Assembly: GCA_051362555.1 (NCBI GenBank)
Contig: CM120649.1
Coordinates: 5,952,001-6,016,000 of the forward strand
Length of the DNA: 64,000 nucleotides
Reading direction: 5' to 3'
From: Lingula anatina
Taxonomy: Eukaryota > Animalia > Brachiopoda
In this document: one piece after another, positions 38,000 to 50,826 of the stretch
Layout: each line of letters starts with the position of its first letter
Position numbering within the stretch: the first letter of the stretch is position 1
Made by a program: the position numbers and the translations under genes
The notes under the pieces: generated by a model
Databases searched by the model: none
The model's input: only the letters and a program-made list of their open reading frames with translations
What the model was told of the DNA's origin: nothing

Positions 38000-40449
38000 C
38001 AGATACATAATATGACTGCAAAGAATCCACCGACAAGAACTTATTCAAACCCATAGAATATTACAGATATAAATATAAAAACATCAATACAGGACAATAT
38101 GTACATCCATCTTACCTGTGTCGGAATAGAGCCAATTCAATTATCAGATATCCCTCTTGATAATAAGACAACCTTTTCTTCTTTTTTGTACGGATTGTCC
38201 TAAAAAGTCGGAGAGTAAATTCCTTTGCTTGGTCTTCTCCACCGTGTTATAAAACCACGTCGGTCCCACGCAAGTTCAGATATAGCTCAGGCTAAATTTA
38301 GCAGCAGACGACACTCGTGTTATGATAATGGGGCTATGGGAACGCTTGAAGCAACACGTTAATGACTGTCAACCGAAAGAGGTGACCCTCCATTTAAACG
38401 CACTGACAGGAATGAATGAGTCACCCTACGACACCTTTTGAGAATATCGTCTGCCAACTAGTACACTCCGCTCTCCGAGTAAGGTCTCGATTTCATGGCA
38501 TAAGAATTGCGCTCGTATGTTTGGGAACGAGGCAATAGAGTGGAAAGAGTCTTCGTGTACACCGGTTCACGTATTACGTAGATAGGTGTGATATATCTGC
38601 TCATTTTCTTTTATCCGCCTATATAAATGAGATTAATGGACTGACTTTGTAAAAGGGACGCATGCTAGGTGATTAACTAAGCATTAGCGGAATAATGCCG
38701 TAAATAATGATGCTAAAATAGTGTTTGGACTGACATCCCCTTGCTAAGGTTAAGGTCCAAGAAAAGTGCCGTACAGTAGAAGACGCACTTCCAGCTTGCC
38801 TTGTTTGGCAAACGTTTCTTTTTGTGACGTAAAATGACACACCTTGCAGGCAAGAAGTGCCGGAATGTGTCCTTTGTACAGGGTACATTTGTTGTCATTG
38901 ATGATAATTTTATACATAAGTGATACTGAGATAAAATAAAAATGAAGTCAATTTTTATCGTTAACGCGACTTTTTTTTTTTTTTGCATCACAATTAGGCA
39001 AGGTGTTTTATTGCTGACAGTAACTTTGTTATATTCTATCTTTGAAACGTCATATACGTTAAGAGAAAAAAATAGAAAAAAAAAAAAAAAAACATCGAAT
39101 TCGGTGGGATCACTCGCACACATGTAACGTTGTGGGATATATAGTAATTCACTCTGAAAAAAAAAGCATTCCAGTACATTACTTAAAGTCATAATAACTC
39201 TTCGTTTTGGCCAAAAATTGGATTTTCCTGGAAAAAACGGCAATTTTCCCGTACTTACCAATGGCCAACGACCCCATTCCTGCATTCAAAGTTAATCCAG
39301 GGTTTTTTTCCTAAACGTACGGTTTTTTGTTAAAATCTCTTAAGAGATTTTAACTGACGGAGCTCTCTCTGACACTGCAAAGTCACTGGTGACCTACTTA
39401 AAACCGCGGGAAAAGCAGACAACAACAACACTATATAAGATTCATGAGATATATTCGTCTTTTTGTTAAAAAATGCATTTATATCCACAATGTGTGCCAT
39501 TCTGGGCTTTTCGTTATCCGACGCACTGTACAAAAACTCGCAACTTACGTCTGAGGGTTTCCCGCCATGTTATTTTGGTCTCGTAGAACGCGAGAATCCG
39601 CGTGACACCATTACGTCATTAGCAACGAATGCACTTGTCGACCGGAAAAAAAGGGATTGAAAGCCCTATTGACAAGCACAGATTTTAGTTTTCCTACAAT
39701 AACGGCCGTTTTAGTGGTAAAATACAATAGAATATATTTCCATGCGTTGTTTACAATGTATTTCATGCGGATTTTTGAATCTCAAAGGAAGAGTTATTAT
39801 TGCTTTAAGAATGACAAAATAAGGTTAAACTAACTTTAGGATCTGAATTAAAAAGTACGATCAAACGGAAATAATTCGCTTTTTATTTGTTTGAAGATAA
39901 AAGATTATCCGCTCAAACAAACGCATAAGTTTGCAGTACAGCTCACCTGCATTGTAAATAATCATATAATAATGGTGGTAAAAAGGCTGTGCTCCAGACG
40001 TGTCTAAAAAAATCAGAAATATAAAGCTACCTAAAATATCCTTATTGAAACCTCGGCTTGGAAATTACATCACGCATAAAACAATATATTCTAAAGGATT
40101 TCAGATTTAATTTTCCAAGAAATGTTGACCTTTAGCTGATATTCTGACGTCATGGTGAGCACACCTCGTGTCATGCCATGACAGGCCTTGTTAATGAAAT
40201 GACGTTCCTCTTTCTTCCTAAAACAATGACAAATATCAGGTATCACTGATGTATTGCGAAACTTGTTTTTTTTCTCATTTTGACTCTTCTGAAATGATTC
40301 TCGACTCAGAAATTAATTGCGTTAACCCTTTCTTCAACGCCCCTCAGCCTCCACTCTTACACACACGCGCGCGCACGCATGCACGCACGTATACGCTCTC
40401 TCTCTCTCTAACACACTCACACACACTAAAATAACATAAAAAAAACAAC

Positions 40450-40960
40450 ATAAATCTGGAATCAACTGCCCTTTTACATCCGTCTCATGATGATTTGGAT
40501 TGTGTGTGAACCCGTATAGTCTTTAGGCATGTTTGATGATTATGTTAAATCTTATTGCTGAATAATACCGGAACTACGCTAGCTTTGTTACCAATCGAGA
40601 CAAAATATTTATATGTAGGTCCTATAGTATGCTGTGCATATTTCTTTATTCACATTTTTCATTATTCATATCATTTCTGATATATTATTGATCAATACAT
40701 TCTTTTCTTTAATCTTGATATTATTTGTCAATTGTCTTTTTGTACATTGTTTGTATATTTTATATGCAAGTTGTATTTACTCTCGGGATATTACAGCGCT
40801 GGTGCATATATTAAATTTACATTTCATTTCACATCCGTTTAAATTACACATACAGTTAGATTCATATTTCATTTTGCCTGGACTAACCGCAATGCAGACA
40901 GGTTTCGCTCCACAGTCGTCCCTGTTCAAGAAACTGTTGCTCTTTCCTGGCTAATGCCAG
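40450..40960 (+). mobile_element. Possible CR1/L2 LINE 3' remnant
   Basis: IWNQLPFYIR (WNxLP motif of CR1/L2 ORF2 C-terminus) followed by a T-rich 3'UTR-like tract. Confidence 0.35.
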
Positions 40961-42830
40961 TTACTTTCCTGCCTGTGAAGTAACAGTACCCTATGAGAGG
41001 TTGCTTCCACACTGGGATTGAAACATGGAGTTCCAAAGAAAAAATGTTCATTTAGAGCCAACCCTCGCAAACATGGGTAGGAGAGACTGCACATGTTCCC
41101 TCACGTGCTTTTTAGCGCCCCTTTCTCATTTTGACATCCCGAATCAAACTTCTGTATGTTTTTTCCCTTGTCTACATGTAGTTGAATTTGTTTTCATTGA
41201 TGTATTGAGGTCACAGGCTGCCCTAAAGTCACGCAACGCTATAAATTTTAACGAGAAAGTTAAAAGCTCGTCTTATTTTGATTAGTCTTTCTCTCGGATT
41301 ACCAACAAGAATCATTACAAGGAACACCACACGAAGGAGCTGAAATATGCCATTGTCACACAGTCATTTGTAGGTAGCTGCTTAACCACATATATAGTCT
41401 GTAACTAGTTCGGTCACGGTGCCCCACCTCCCTCGCCGTGTTCCAAAGATCACTGGAAACACGTCTTCGTTGTTGCCAGTATAACAATACATCCAGTGCC
41501 CTATCTTAAATTTTGTATGCCGAGTTCAATGGACGGTACCCTCCGTTTCAGAATGTTCCAGATGGCACTTATACCAAGCATATAGATGGCAGAGAGGTGA
41601 TTTTTTAAAATGAATGTCAGGGTGCACTTCGAGGGGTGGCTGGATCATGCATTTAAAGAGCATACCGTAGGCCTAATGCATGTCTGTTATATTTTATGAC
41701 CTGTGTTTGTTATATTTCATGACAGTCATCACGACAGCATCTACATATCTACATATTGTAACAAGCCTATTAAGGTATTAGATATATAAGGTAATCATCC
41801 GTGCGTTAATGTGCTGCAAATGAAACGTGCATATATCTCTTCTTCGGCTTTCTGGGTTTTATGACAAACATCAATAATTATATAAATTAATCATGAACTG
41901 TTGAAAGTAAACGGAATTCATTGCTTAATGTGGCATCATTACCAACATGTAACCGCTAAATTTATATTTATTATCTTGATAATTACTTCTCCTAGGTCCT
42001 GGGATGTAACTTGTATAACAGAAAACTAAATTACATCTCAAAATTCATTTTTGATTTCATATAATGGCAGTAAATAACAAAATACAACGTTGATGAGGCC
42101 TGTTTGGTATATTGCCAAAATACATAACGTTTTGACGTGTCGGACAGGATTTCATTTCAGGAAAGTAACTCAACTGATGTACAATAAGGGAACGGAATGC
42201 GAAACGCCTGTTTCAAATAAAGCAAATATATCGCTTAACAGTCAAGATGTGATGTAGGACAATGCGTGACATATGCCTGTCTACACCATTAACGTTTCTT
42301 TAACTTTATTAGGATAGTGTAATAGAGAGCGCAACCAAAATTCGTTTCGTGGATTGTTTCGGACCAAAATTTCCCCTGCCTGGTTTTTCCAACCTTATCA
42401 TATTTGCTCAAATGTAAACTACCGGCTCTTTGCTTTTATGCCTTTCACATTAGAGAGTTTAAAAATTGCAATTCTAGCTTGAAAGAGAAACGAGACAAAC
42501 AGAATGTCTGGTTGTTTTTACGTCCCTCTAAAATGAAAAAAATTTGAAACGGAAAACCTCGCTGTGCAGGAATTTCACCTCCCAAAATTTCTCCAATGCA
42601 GAACCCTTCGGTCTGAACACTATCTGTGTGTGTGGTTTATTACATCTGTACTGATGCAGCAAGGTAAAACATGTAATATCTCTTATCACGCATTCAAACC
42701 AAAGTTTGTCTAATTTTGCATGACGTCAATTTATTTCTTGCTCAATTTCAGATGCCAAAGAAATCTATTTCAGTCAACATGAAAGAATGTTTTTCATTTG
42801 TTCCGTTTTGTACCTCTGATAGTAAGCTTT

Positions 42831-44057
42831 TTAGCCAACAGGGTTCATAACTCTGCCCATAAACAGAACAGTGCCCGATGACTTCTCGCGAATCAGGAAG
42901 ACGAAGGGTCGGTCAGCTCGAAAGACGGGAGTCACTGAAATCATTGACCTGAAAGCCACGCCTATAGCTGTGGCAGCCGCCGCCTCGGTTCCTTCTTCGT
43001 TGACGTCAACGAAAGCCTCGTGGATCGCCTTGGAGACGAACAGATCTCCTGGTTTCCCGCCAATTCTCGACAAATCAGCGCCGCCTAAGTTGAACATCTT
43101 CGACATTCCCATTTGAATAAGCACGGGCTTCAGATCTAAGCGCATGTCGCTCAGCTTAAACTTAGGTAGGTACACATTGACTGTCTGGTTCCACATTGTT
43201 GACAATGCGTCATCCACAACCGATGCGCTGGTCAGTGATCTTTCCAGATGACCAAGGTCATCAATTTGGTCAGGGAGGAAGACGACCATACTAGCGTCAC
43301 CATGGTAAGGTAGTTCCAAAATTTTGCATTTCAGCGAGCGACTGATTCCATACGGGAATTTCTGCTTTTGGAACATCATTGGCACGTTCACCTGGTTCAC
43401 GTTGGATGTGAAGAAGGGTTGGGGACGGGTGCTCGACTCCGCAAACTTACTGGTCCAAGTTCCCTTAAAATATATGGCGTTCACCAGGATTAGGATGAGC
43501 TGCGGATCGATGAAGTTATTTGGCAGGAGGTCGACTATCTTGTTATTTGTCTGCTGTTCTACCCAATTGTTGATGTACCTGGTTGTGTCGGAAGGTTGGC
43601 TAAAGTCCTGTAGATCTAGGGGAGCATCATAGTACCGTCCACTGTCATCAATGTACTTTTGATTGAAGTTAAATCCTTCTCTTCCAAAGAGTCGATTGGC
43701 AATACGGAGGAGATATTCGGTACCTGGGTTGGTTAGTCTGGTGCGGAGGAGTTTGAAATTTGTATGGATGGAAGGGATATTGCTGTAACCCATCACTCCT
43801 TTCATCTCTGATCTAGTGTCACCTTTAGCGCCGAGAAGGACCATGCTTAAAGCAGTCGTGATGCTGAATGGACTGAAGAAAAGGTTACCGGAATCGGCCT
43901 TGAGAATCTGGTACAGCTTTAGGGCGAAGTTGGTATTACTGGCAACAATAAGTTGTTCAGTTTGGGTGGCATCCTGGCCTAGTATGTCCAGAGACCAGTT
44001 GCTTATGACCACCAGCAAACAGGCAAGAAAAACTGCTGACCTGACTAATGGATGCAT
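42831..44057 (-). CDS. Secreted serpin 1, predicted P1-P1' Arg-Ser
   Basis: Hydrophobic signal peptide, FFSPFSI, NAIYFKGTW, hinge EEGTEAAAAT, RCL AIGVAFR-SMIS, FRADRPF. ATG at 44057 (the ORF track starts at an upstream GTG). Confidence 0.96.
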   Translation of the reverse strand: MHPLVRSAVFLACLLVVISNWSLDILGQDATQTEQLIVASNTNFALKLYQILKADSGNLFFSPFSITTALSMVLLGAKGDTRSEMKGVMGYSNIPSIHTNFKLLRTRLTNPGTEYLLRIANRLFGREGFNFNQKYIDDSGRYYDAPLDLQDFSQPSDTTRYINNWVEQQTNNKIVDLLPNNFIDPQLILILVNAIYFKGTWTSKFAESSTRPQPFFTSNVNQVNVPMMFQKQKFPYGISRSLKCKILELPYHGDASMVVFLPDQIDDLGHLERSLTSASVVDDALSTMWNQTVNVYLPKFKLSDMRLDLKPVLIQMGMSKMFNLGGADLSRIGGKPGDLFVSKAIHEAFVDVNEEGTEAAAATAIGVAFRSMISVTPVFRADRPFVFLIREKSSGTVLFMGRVMNPVG

Positions 44058-44239
44058 GATCACCCGACCAGTTTTGTCTGAAACATACCAAATTTATAAT
44101 TTCATCAATACGTTCTCATATTGAATACACATGTATATACGTAGAAAAAGACAGATACCCGCATACTTGTACCATACAGTAAATAAAAGAAAGCCACACC
44201 AAAAGATGCATATGCTCAAAGTGTAAGGAGCAAACCTAC

Positions 44240-44400
44240 CTTTCAACTACGAAGGGACCTTAATGGCAGTCGTAACTGGGACACATGGACAGGATAGTGT
44301 GGCTCTTTATATACACACATGAGCTTAATCAAAACAGGATACAAGAGTAAAAGCTGTTTCCTCATAATTTGTTTCCCTTCCGCCAATCCCATTTTCGTTC
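44240..44400 (-). promoter_or_regulatory. Serpin 5'UTR exon with TATA and CCAAT module (equivalents at ~47520, ~51745, ~54625, ~58900, ~63610)
   Basis: AAAG|GT donor, minus-strand TATATAAAG at ~44304-44312, and conserved atttgtt.cc.t..ccaatcccattt upstream of each serpin. Confidence 0.65.
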
Positions 44401-46107
44401 ATTTATTAACGATAGAGCTTTGTTTTTTTAACCCTGCTTCTATCAACCCCGTGTTTAATGTAGTAGAATTTTTGGTGGCCAGTTGGCACTTAATTGCAAT
44501 CCAGCCTATATGCTTTTAGGCGCCTATAATTCAGCTCCCAGTTGAGTACATGTATGCAGGCTCATTCAACTTGGAGATAAATGAGAGGCCAGTGTTTTGG
44601 CGGGAAGGGGGGGGGGGTGCATTGTAGACATAATATGTTTTCTAAAAGAAATGTTACAACAGATGTAAAAACAGATGTGGGATCGACCATTAACATCACG
44701 ACTAGAGTACAAATATGAGGCAGTCACGTCACCAGCTGTCTCACGAGCGGACAGTACCAGGCACGTCCTCTTACTTAATCTCCGGTTGCAGGACAAATCG
44801 TGATAGGGTATGGGCTTACAGGGGTATATATACTTTTATTTTTTGGTTTTAATGGATATCTGTGGAATTCTGTTGAGTGCTGTGGTTATCCTAACATCCT
44901 TTATAGATGAACTGAAACAAATTGATAGGTACCAGTATGTAAAAAATAATAAGAAGAAAGTCAATATTTTTGTTTTCCTTTTCCCAAGGAAAAGTTATTT
45001 GAGCATTTGTCAAAATTTTCAAGAGGCAAACTTGTTTTCTTTTTGTATCTGAGCTTCTATGAAGAGAGGGACTCTATTAAAACTCGGATAGCTGTTTCTG
45101 GGGTAAAGGCCAGTGAAGTCTGTTTAAAATCAGTATGAATGAGTCAAAGACGCCAGTATTTATAAGTTAAAGGTTTTTAATCAAAAGTTCAATGATTACT
45201 GTTCCAAACATCATTTTTGTCATTTACTGGGAAATCGTGTATATTTCAGTGGAAATATTTTCGACGCTGTAATTTAAGATAAATTGGAATCACCCAAGAC
45301 AGTCCTTAATCTCTTGAATTCACGAAAAACAAGCGAAGATTTCGTGATTCAGTTGTGTGGGGCCTGAAAAATGTCAGACGATTACACGTAGTGATGCGCT
45401 TGAGCGAATAAAAACTGACAGAATTCATTTACTTATGTATTTTGGCTGTTTCCTCTTTAGTCCTGCCAAATAGCAGTCTACTTCACAGTAACTAAAATCC
45501 GCCATGTTCTTTTTGTGTCAATTTTGTATTAGCTTTTACGATTACATTCCCAGCAAAATAAGTTCTCACTTATCGCCTAAAAGATAACCCCAATTCAAAC
45601 ATTTTCAAGCAGTCTTTCAAGTCTTCTAGTACTACGTATGACGGCATGCGCACTGCCATCAGCCTCTTTTTAAGCTATCTCGGTTTATGCCTACAGGTAT
45701 TAAACTGACTATTTATTCAAATTGACCGCATTTCCAGAGTAAACAATTATTAAAATTCTGTTTATGCTAAACGTTGGTATATAACTTACTCTTTTTGTGT
45801 CATAACAAGTTCGGTTGTCTGGAAAAATATTATATCATCCATTATGCAGATAAATCAAATAAATCATGTCAATTTATGCAAGAAGTAATTTTATTTTTTA
45901 TTTCATTTCAAATGCCAAAGAATTCTATTCAAGTCAAGAAATTATGTAATTGTTCAAAAAATCACATATACTGTTGACAATGCAGTTTATGGAGCATACG
46001 TTGGTATACATACATGCATACATTTTAAATTACAACTGACGAAAAAACATATTGTAGACAGCGAAAAAGGATGTCTTCATTGGGTTTCCAGTTCGTCATT
46101 TTGCATT

Positions 46108-47331
46108 TTAGGCAAGAGGGTTCATAACTCTGCCTGTAAACAGTACGGTACCCGATGTCTTCTCGCGAATCAAGAAAACGAAGGGCCGGTCAGCTCGGAA
46201 GTCAGGAACAATTGAAATCGACTCAAAAGCCACGCCAATGGCCGTAGCAGCCGCTGCCTCGGTTCCTTCTTCGTTGACGTCAACGAAAGCCTCGTGGATC
46301 GCCTTGGAGACGAACAGATCTCCTGGTTTCCCGCCAATTCTCGACAAATCAGCGCCGCCTAAGTTGAACATCTTCGACATTCCCATTTGAATAAGAACGT
46401 GCTTCAGATCTAAGCGCATATCGCTCAGCTTAAACTTAGGTAGGTACACATTGACTGTCTGGTTCCACAATGAGGAGATTGCGTCATCCACAACTGATGC
46501 GGTGGTCAGCGATCTTTCCAGATGACCAAGGTCATCAATTTGGTCTGGGAGGAAGATGACCATACTAGCGTCACCATGGTAAGGTAGTTCCAAAATTTTG
46601 CATTTAAGCGAGGCACTGGTACCATACGGGAAACTTTGTTGTTGAAACATCATTGGCACGTTCACCTGGTTCAGGTTGGATGTGAAGAACGGTTGGGGAC
46701 GGGTGCTCGACTCCGCAAACTTACTGGTCCAAGTTCCCTTAAAATATATGGCGTTCACCATGATTAAGATGAGCTGGGGGTCGATGAAGTTATTTGGCAG
46801 GAAGTCGACGATCTTGTTATTTGTCTGCTGTTCTACCCAATTGTTGATGTACCTGGTTGTGTCGGAAGGTTGGCTAAAGTCCTGTAGATCTAGAGGAGCA
46901 TCATAGTACCGTCCACTGTCATCAATGTACTTTTGATTGAAGTTAAATCCTTCTCTTCCAAAAAGCCGATTGGCAATACGGAGGAGGTATTCTTTTCCTG
47001 GGTTTGTCAATCTGGTGCGGAGGCGTTTAAAATTTTGATGAATAGAAGGAATATTGCTGTAACCCATCACTCTTTTCATCTCTGATCTAGTGCCACCTTT
47101 AGTGCCGAGAAGGACCATGCCTAAAGCAGTTGTGATGCTGAACGGACTGAAAAATATGTTACCGGAATCGGACTTGAGAATCTGGTAGAGCTTTAGGGCG
47201 AAGTTGGTGTTACCGGCAACGATCTGTCTTTCAATTTGGGTGGCATCCTGACCTAGTGTATCCAGGGACAAGTTGCCTATGACCACCAGCAAATAGGCAT
47301 GAAAAACTGCTGACCTGACTAAAGGATGCAT
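46108..47331 (-). CDS. Secreted serpin 2, predicted P1-P1' Glu-Ser
   Basis: Same scaffold; RCL AIGVAFE-SISI; ATG at 47331 by homology (upstream ORF extension is intronic). Confidence 0.96.
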   Translation of the reverse strand: MHPLVRSAVFHAYLLVVIGNLSLDTLGQDATQIERQIVAGNTNFALKLYQILKSDSGNIFFSPFSITTALGMVLLGTKGGTRSEMKRVMGYSNIPSIHQNFKRLRTRLTNPGKEYLLRIANRLFGREGFNFNQKYIDDSGRYYDAPLDLQDFSQPSDTTRYINNWVEQQTNNKIVDFLPNNFIDPQLILIMVNAIYFKGTWTSKFAESSTRPQPFFTSNLNQVNVPMMFQQQSFPYGTSASLKCKILELPYHGDASMVIFLPDQIDDLGHLERSLTTASVVDDAISSLWNQTVNVYLPKFKLSDMRLDLKHVLIQMGMSKMFNLGGADLSRIGGKPGDLFVSKAIHEAFVDVNEEGTEAAAATAIGVAFESISIVPDFRADRPFVFLIREKTSGTVLFTGRVMNPLA

Positions 47332-49407
47332 GATCACCCGACGAATTTTGTCTGAAACATACCAAATAAACATACCAAATAATTTCATCAATACATTCTC
47401 ATATTGAATACACATGTATATACGTAGAAAAAGACAGATACCCGCATACTTATACAATACAGTAAATAAAAGAAAGCCACACCAAAAGATATATATGCTC
47501 AGAGAGTATAGAGCAAACCTACCTTTGAATCACAAAGAGACCTTAATAGCAGTTGTAACTGGGACACATGTACAGGGTGATGTGGCTCTTTACACACACT
47601 TATGAGCGTAGTCAAAACTGGATACTAGAGTAAAAGCTGTTTCCTCTTAATTTGTTACCCGTCATCCAATCCGATTTGCGTTCATTTATTTACGATAGGG
47701 CTCTGTTTTTTTAACCCCGGTTCCATTAACCCCGTGTTTAACGTAGTAGTTTTTTGGTGTGGTTTATATGGCCAGTAGGCACTTAATCACAATCCAATAT
47801 ATGTGTTTAAATAAAAGGCGCCTATAAATTCAGCTCCCAGTTGAGTACATGTATGCAGGCGCATTCAACTTGGAGACATATGAGAGTCCAGTGTTTGGGT
47901 GGGGGTGGGTGGGGGTGGGGGGGGGTTGCATTGTAGACATAATATGTTTCCTAAAAGAAAAGTTACTACCGATAAAAACAGCAGTGGGATCGACCATTAA
48001 CATCACGACTAGAGTACAAATATGAGGCAGTCACGTCACCAGCTGTCTCACGAGCGGACAGTACCAGGCACGTCCTCTTACTTAATCTCCGGTTGCAGGA
48101 CAAATCGTGATAGGGTATGCCCTTACAGGGGTATATATATTTTTTGTTTTTGGTTTTTATGGAGAACTGTGGAATTGTGTTGAGTGCTGTGGTTATCCTA
48201 ACATCCTTTTTAGATGAACTGAAACAAATTGATAGGTACCAGTATGTAAAAAATAATAAGAAGAAAGTCAATATTTTTGTTTTCCTTTTCCTACGGAAAA
48301 GTTATTTGAGCATTTGTCAAAGTTTTCAAGAGGCAAACTTGTTTTCTTTTTGTATCTCAGCTTCTATGAAGAGAGGGACTCTATTAAAAACTCGGATAGC
48401 TGTATCCAGGGTAAAGGCCAGTGAAGTCTGTTTAAAATCAGTATGAATGAGTCAAAGGACGCCAGTATTTATAAGTTAAAGGTTTTTAATCAAAAGTTCA
48501 ATGATTACTGTTCCAAACATCATTTTTTTGTCATTTACTGGGAAATCGTGTATATTTCAGTGGAAATATTTTTGACGCTGTAATTTAAGATAAATTGGAA
48601 TCATCCAAGACAGTCCTTAATCTCTTGAATTCACGAAAAACAAGCGAAGATTTCGTGATTCAGTTGTGTGGGGCCTGAAAAATGTCAGAGGATTACACGT
48701 AGTGATGCGCTTGAGCGAATAAAAACTGACAGAATTCATTTACTTATGTATTTTGGCTGTTTCCTCTTTAGTTCTGCCAAATAGCAGTCTACTTCACAGT
48801 AAGTGTGTCAGTTTTGTATTAGCTTTTACGATTACATTTCCTGCAAAATAATTTCTCTCTTATCACCTAAAAGATAACCCCAATTCAAACATTTTCTAGC
48901 AGTCTTTCAAGTCTTCTAGTAGTACGTATGACGGCATGCGCACTGCCATATCAGCTTCTTTTCAAGCTATCTCGGTTTATGCCTATTAAACTGACTATTT
49001 ATTCAAATTGACCGCATTTCCAGAGTAAACAATGCTTTTGTTATTAAAATTCTGTTTATGCTAAACGTTGGTATATAACTAACTGTTTTAGTGTCACAAC
49101 AAGTTCGGTTGTCTGGAAAAATATTATATCCCCATCATGCAGATAAATCAATTAAATCATGTCAATTTATGCAAGAAGTAATTTTATTTCTTATTTCATT
49201 TCAAATGCCAAAAAATTCTATTCAAGTCAACGAGAAATTATGTATTTGTTCAAAAGATTTACATATACTGTTGACAATGCAGTTTATGGAGCATACGTTG
49301 GTATACATACATGCATACATTTTTAATATATTACAACTGACGAAAAAGTTTATTGTAGACAGGAAAAAAGAATGTCTTTATTTTGTTTCCAGTCCGTACG
49401 CGTCATT

Positions 49408-50646
49408 TTAAGCAAGAGGGTTCATAACTCTGCCCATAAACAGTACGGTGCCCGATGTCTTCTCACGAATCAAGAAAACGAAGGGCCGGTCAGCTCGGAA
49501 GTCAGGAACGACTGAAACCGACTCGAAAGCCACGCCAATGGCCGTAGCAGCCGCCGCCTCGGTTCCTTCCTCGTTGACGTCAACAAAAGCCTCGTGGATG
49601 GCCTTGGAGACGAACAGATCTCCACGATTTCCGCCAATTCCTGACAAATCAGCCTCGCGTACTCTGAACATCTTCGACATTCCCATTTGAATAAGAACGA
49701 GTTTTAAATCCAACCGCATGTCGCTCAGCTTAAACTTAGGCAGGTACACGTTGACTGTCTGGTCCCACAACGAAGAGATTGCATCATCCACAACTGATTC
49801 GCTGGTCAGTGATCTTTCCAGATGACCAAGGTCATCAATTTGTTCTGGGAGGAAGATGACCATACTAGCGTCACCATGGTAGGGCAGTTCCAGAATTTGG
49901 CAATTCAGCGAGAGACTGGTTCCATATGGGAAGCTCTGGCGTTGAAACATCATTGGCACATTCACCCGATTAAAGCTGGATGTAAAGAATGGTTGGGGAC
50001 GGGTGCTCGACTCCGCAAACTTACTGGTCCAAGTTCCCTTAAAATATATGGCGTTCACCAGGATTAAGATGAGCTGGGGGTCGATGAAGTTATTTGGCAG
50101 GAGGTCGACAATCTTGTTATTTGTCTGCTGTTCTACCCAGTTGTTGATGTACCTGGTTGTGGCAGAAGTCTGTCTAAAGTCCCGTAGGTCTAGAGGAGCA
50201 TCATAGTACCGTCCACTGTCATTAATGTACTTTTGATTGAAGTCAAATCCTTCTCTTCCAAAGAGCCGATTGGCAATACGGAGGAGGTATTCGTTACGTG
50301 GATTGGTTAGTCTTGTGCGGAGGCGTTTGAAATGTTCATGAATGGAAGGGATATTGCTGTAACCCATCACTCTTTCCATCTCTGATCTAGTGCCACCTTT
50401 AGCGCCGAGAAGAACCATGCTTAAAGCAGTCGTGATGCTGAATGGACTGAAGAAAAGGTTACCGGAATCGGCCTTTAGAATCTGGTACAGCTTGAGAGCG
50501 AAGTTGGTGTTACTGGCAACAATCTGTTGCTCAGTTTTGGTGCCACCCTGCGTCAGCGTAGCTTCACCAAGTGTGTTCAAAGACCAGTGACCTATGACCA
50601 CCGGCAAATAGATAAGAAGAACCGCTGGTCTGATCGATGGGTGCAT
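49408..50646 (-). CDS. Secreted serpin 3, predicted P1-P1' Glu-Ser
   Basis: RCL AIGVAFE-SVSV; intact hinge and signal peptide. Confidence 0.96.
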   Translation of the reverse strand: MHPSIRPAVLLIYLPVVIGHWSLNTLGEATLTQGGTKTEQQIVASNTNFALKLYQILKADSGNLFFSPFSITTALSMVLLGAKGGTRSEMERVMGYSNIPSIHEHFKRLRTRLTNPRNEYLLRIANRLFGREGFDFNQKYINDSGRYYDAPLDLRDFRQTSATTRYINNWVEQQTNNKIVDLLPNNFIDPQLILILVNAIYFKGTWTSKFAESSTRPQPFFTSSFNRVNVPMMFQRQSFPYGTSLSLNCQILELPYHGDASMVIFLPEQIDDLGHLERSLTSESVVDDAISSLWDQTVNVYLPKFKLSDMRLDLKLVLIQMGMSKMFRVREADLSGIGGNRGDLFVSKAIHEAFVDVNEEGTEAAAATAIGVAFESVSVVPDFRADRPFVFLIREKTSGTVLFMGRVMNPLA

Positions 50647-50826
50647 GATGCTTGATCAGTTTTGTCTGAAATTAATATATTTAGCCGTAAGCTCCCAATT
50701 TCACATGAATGAACAGAAAGTTGTATTTCATGTATGTCATACATGTTTGAAAATGCCCATGCATGCTAACAACTACATACGATAGATTATACTGGGCGAG
50801 ATATTTTATCGTCCTATCATGAGTTT

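Larger units (their letters stand above)
44080..49407. repeat. Recent ~3.3-kb tandem duplication: intergenic 44080-46107 closely matches 47350-49407
   Basis: Long near-identical runs, e.g. gatcgaccattaacatcacgactagagtac at ~44681 and ~47988. Confidence 0.92.

Noticed and set aside
38713-39285. 190-aa minus-strand ORF and other 60-150 aa ORFs (e.g. 15493-15942, 18675-19076)
   Set aside because: Low complexity, run through microsatellites, poly-A/T or MITEs, and show no recognisable domains.
47332-47457. N-terminal extensions of serpin 2 (and serpin 5, 58572-58625) in the ORF track
   Set aside because: They run through the intron acceptor (..tttcag|ac) shared by the paralogs; the true starts are the MHP/MVHP codons.
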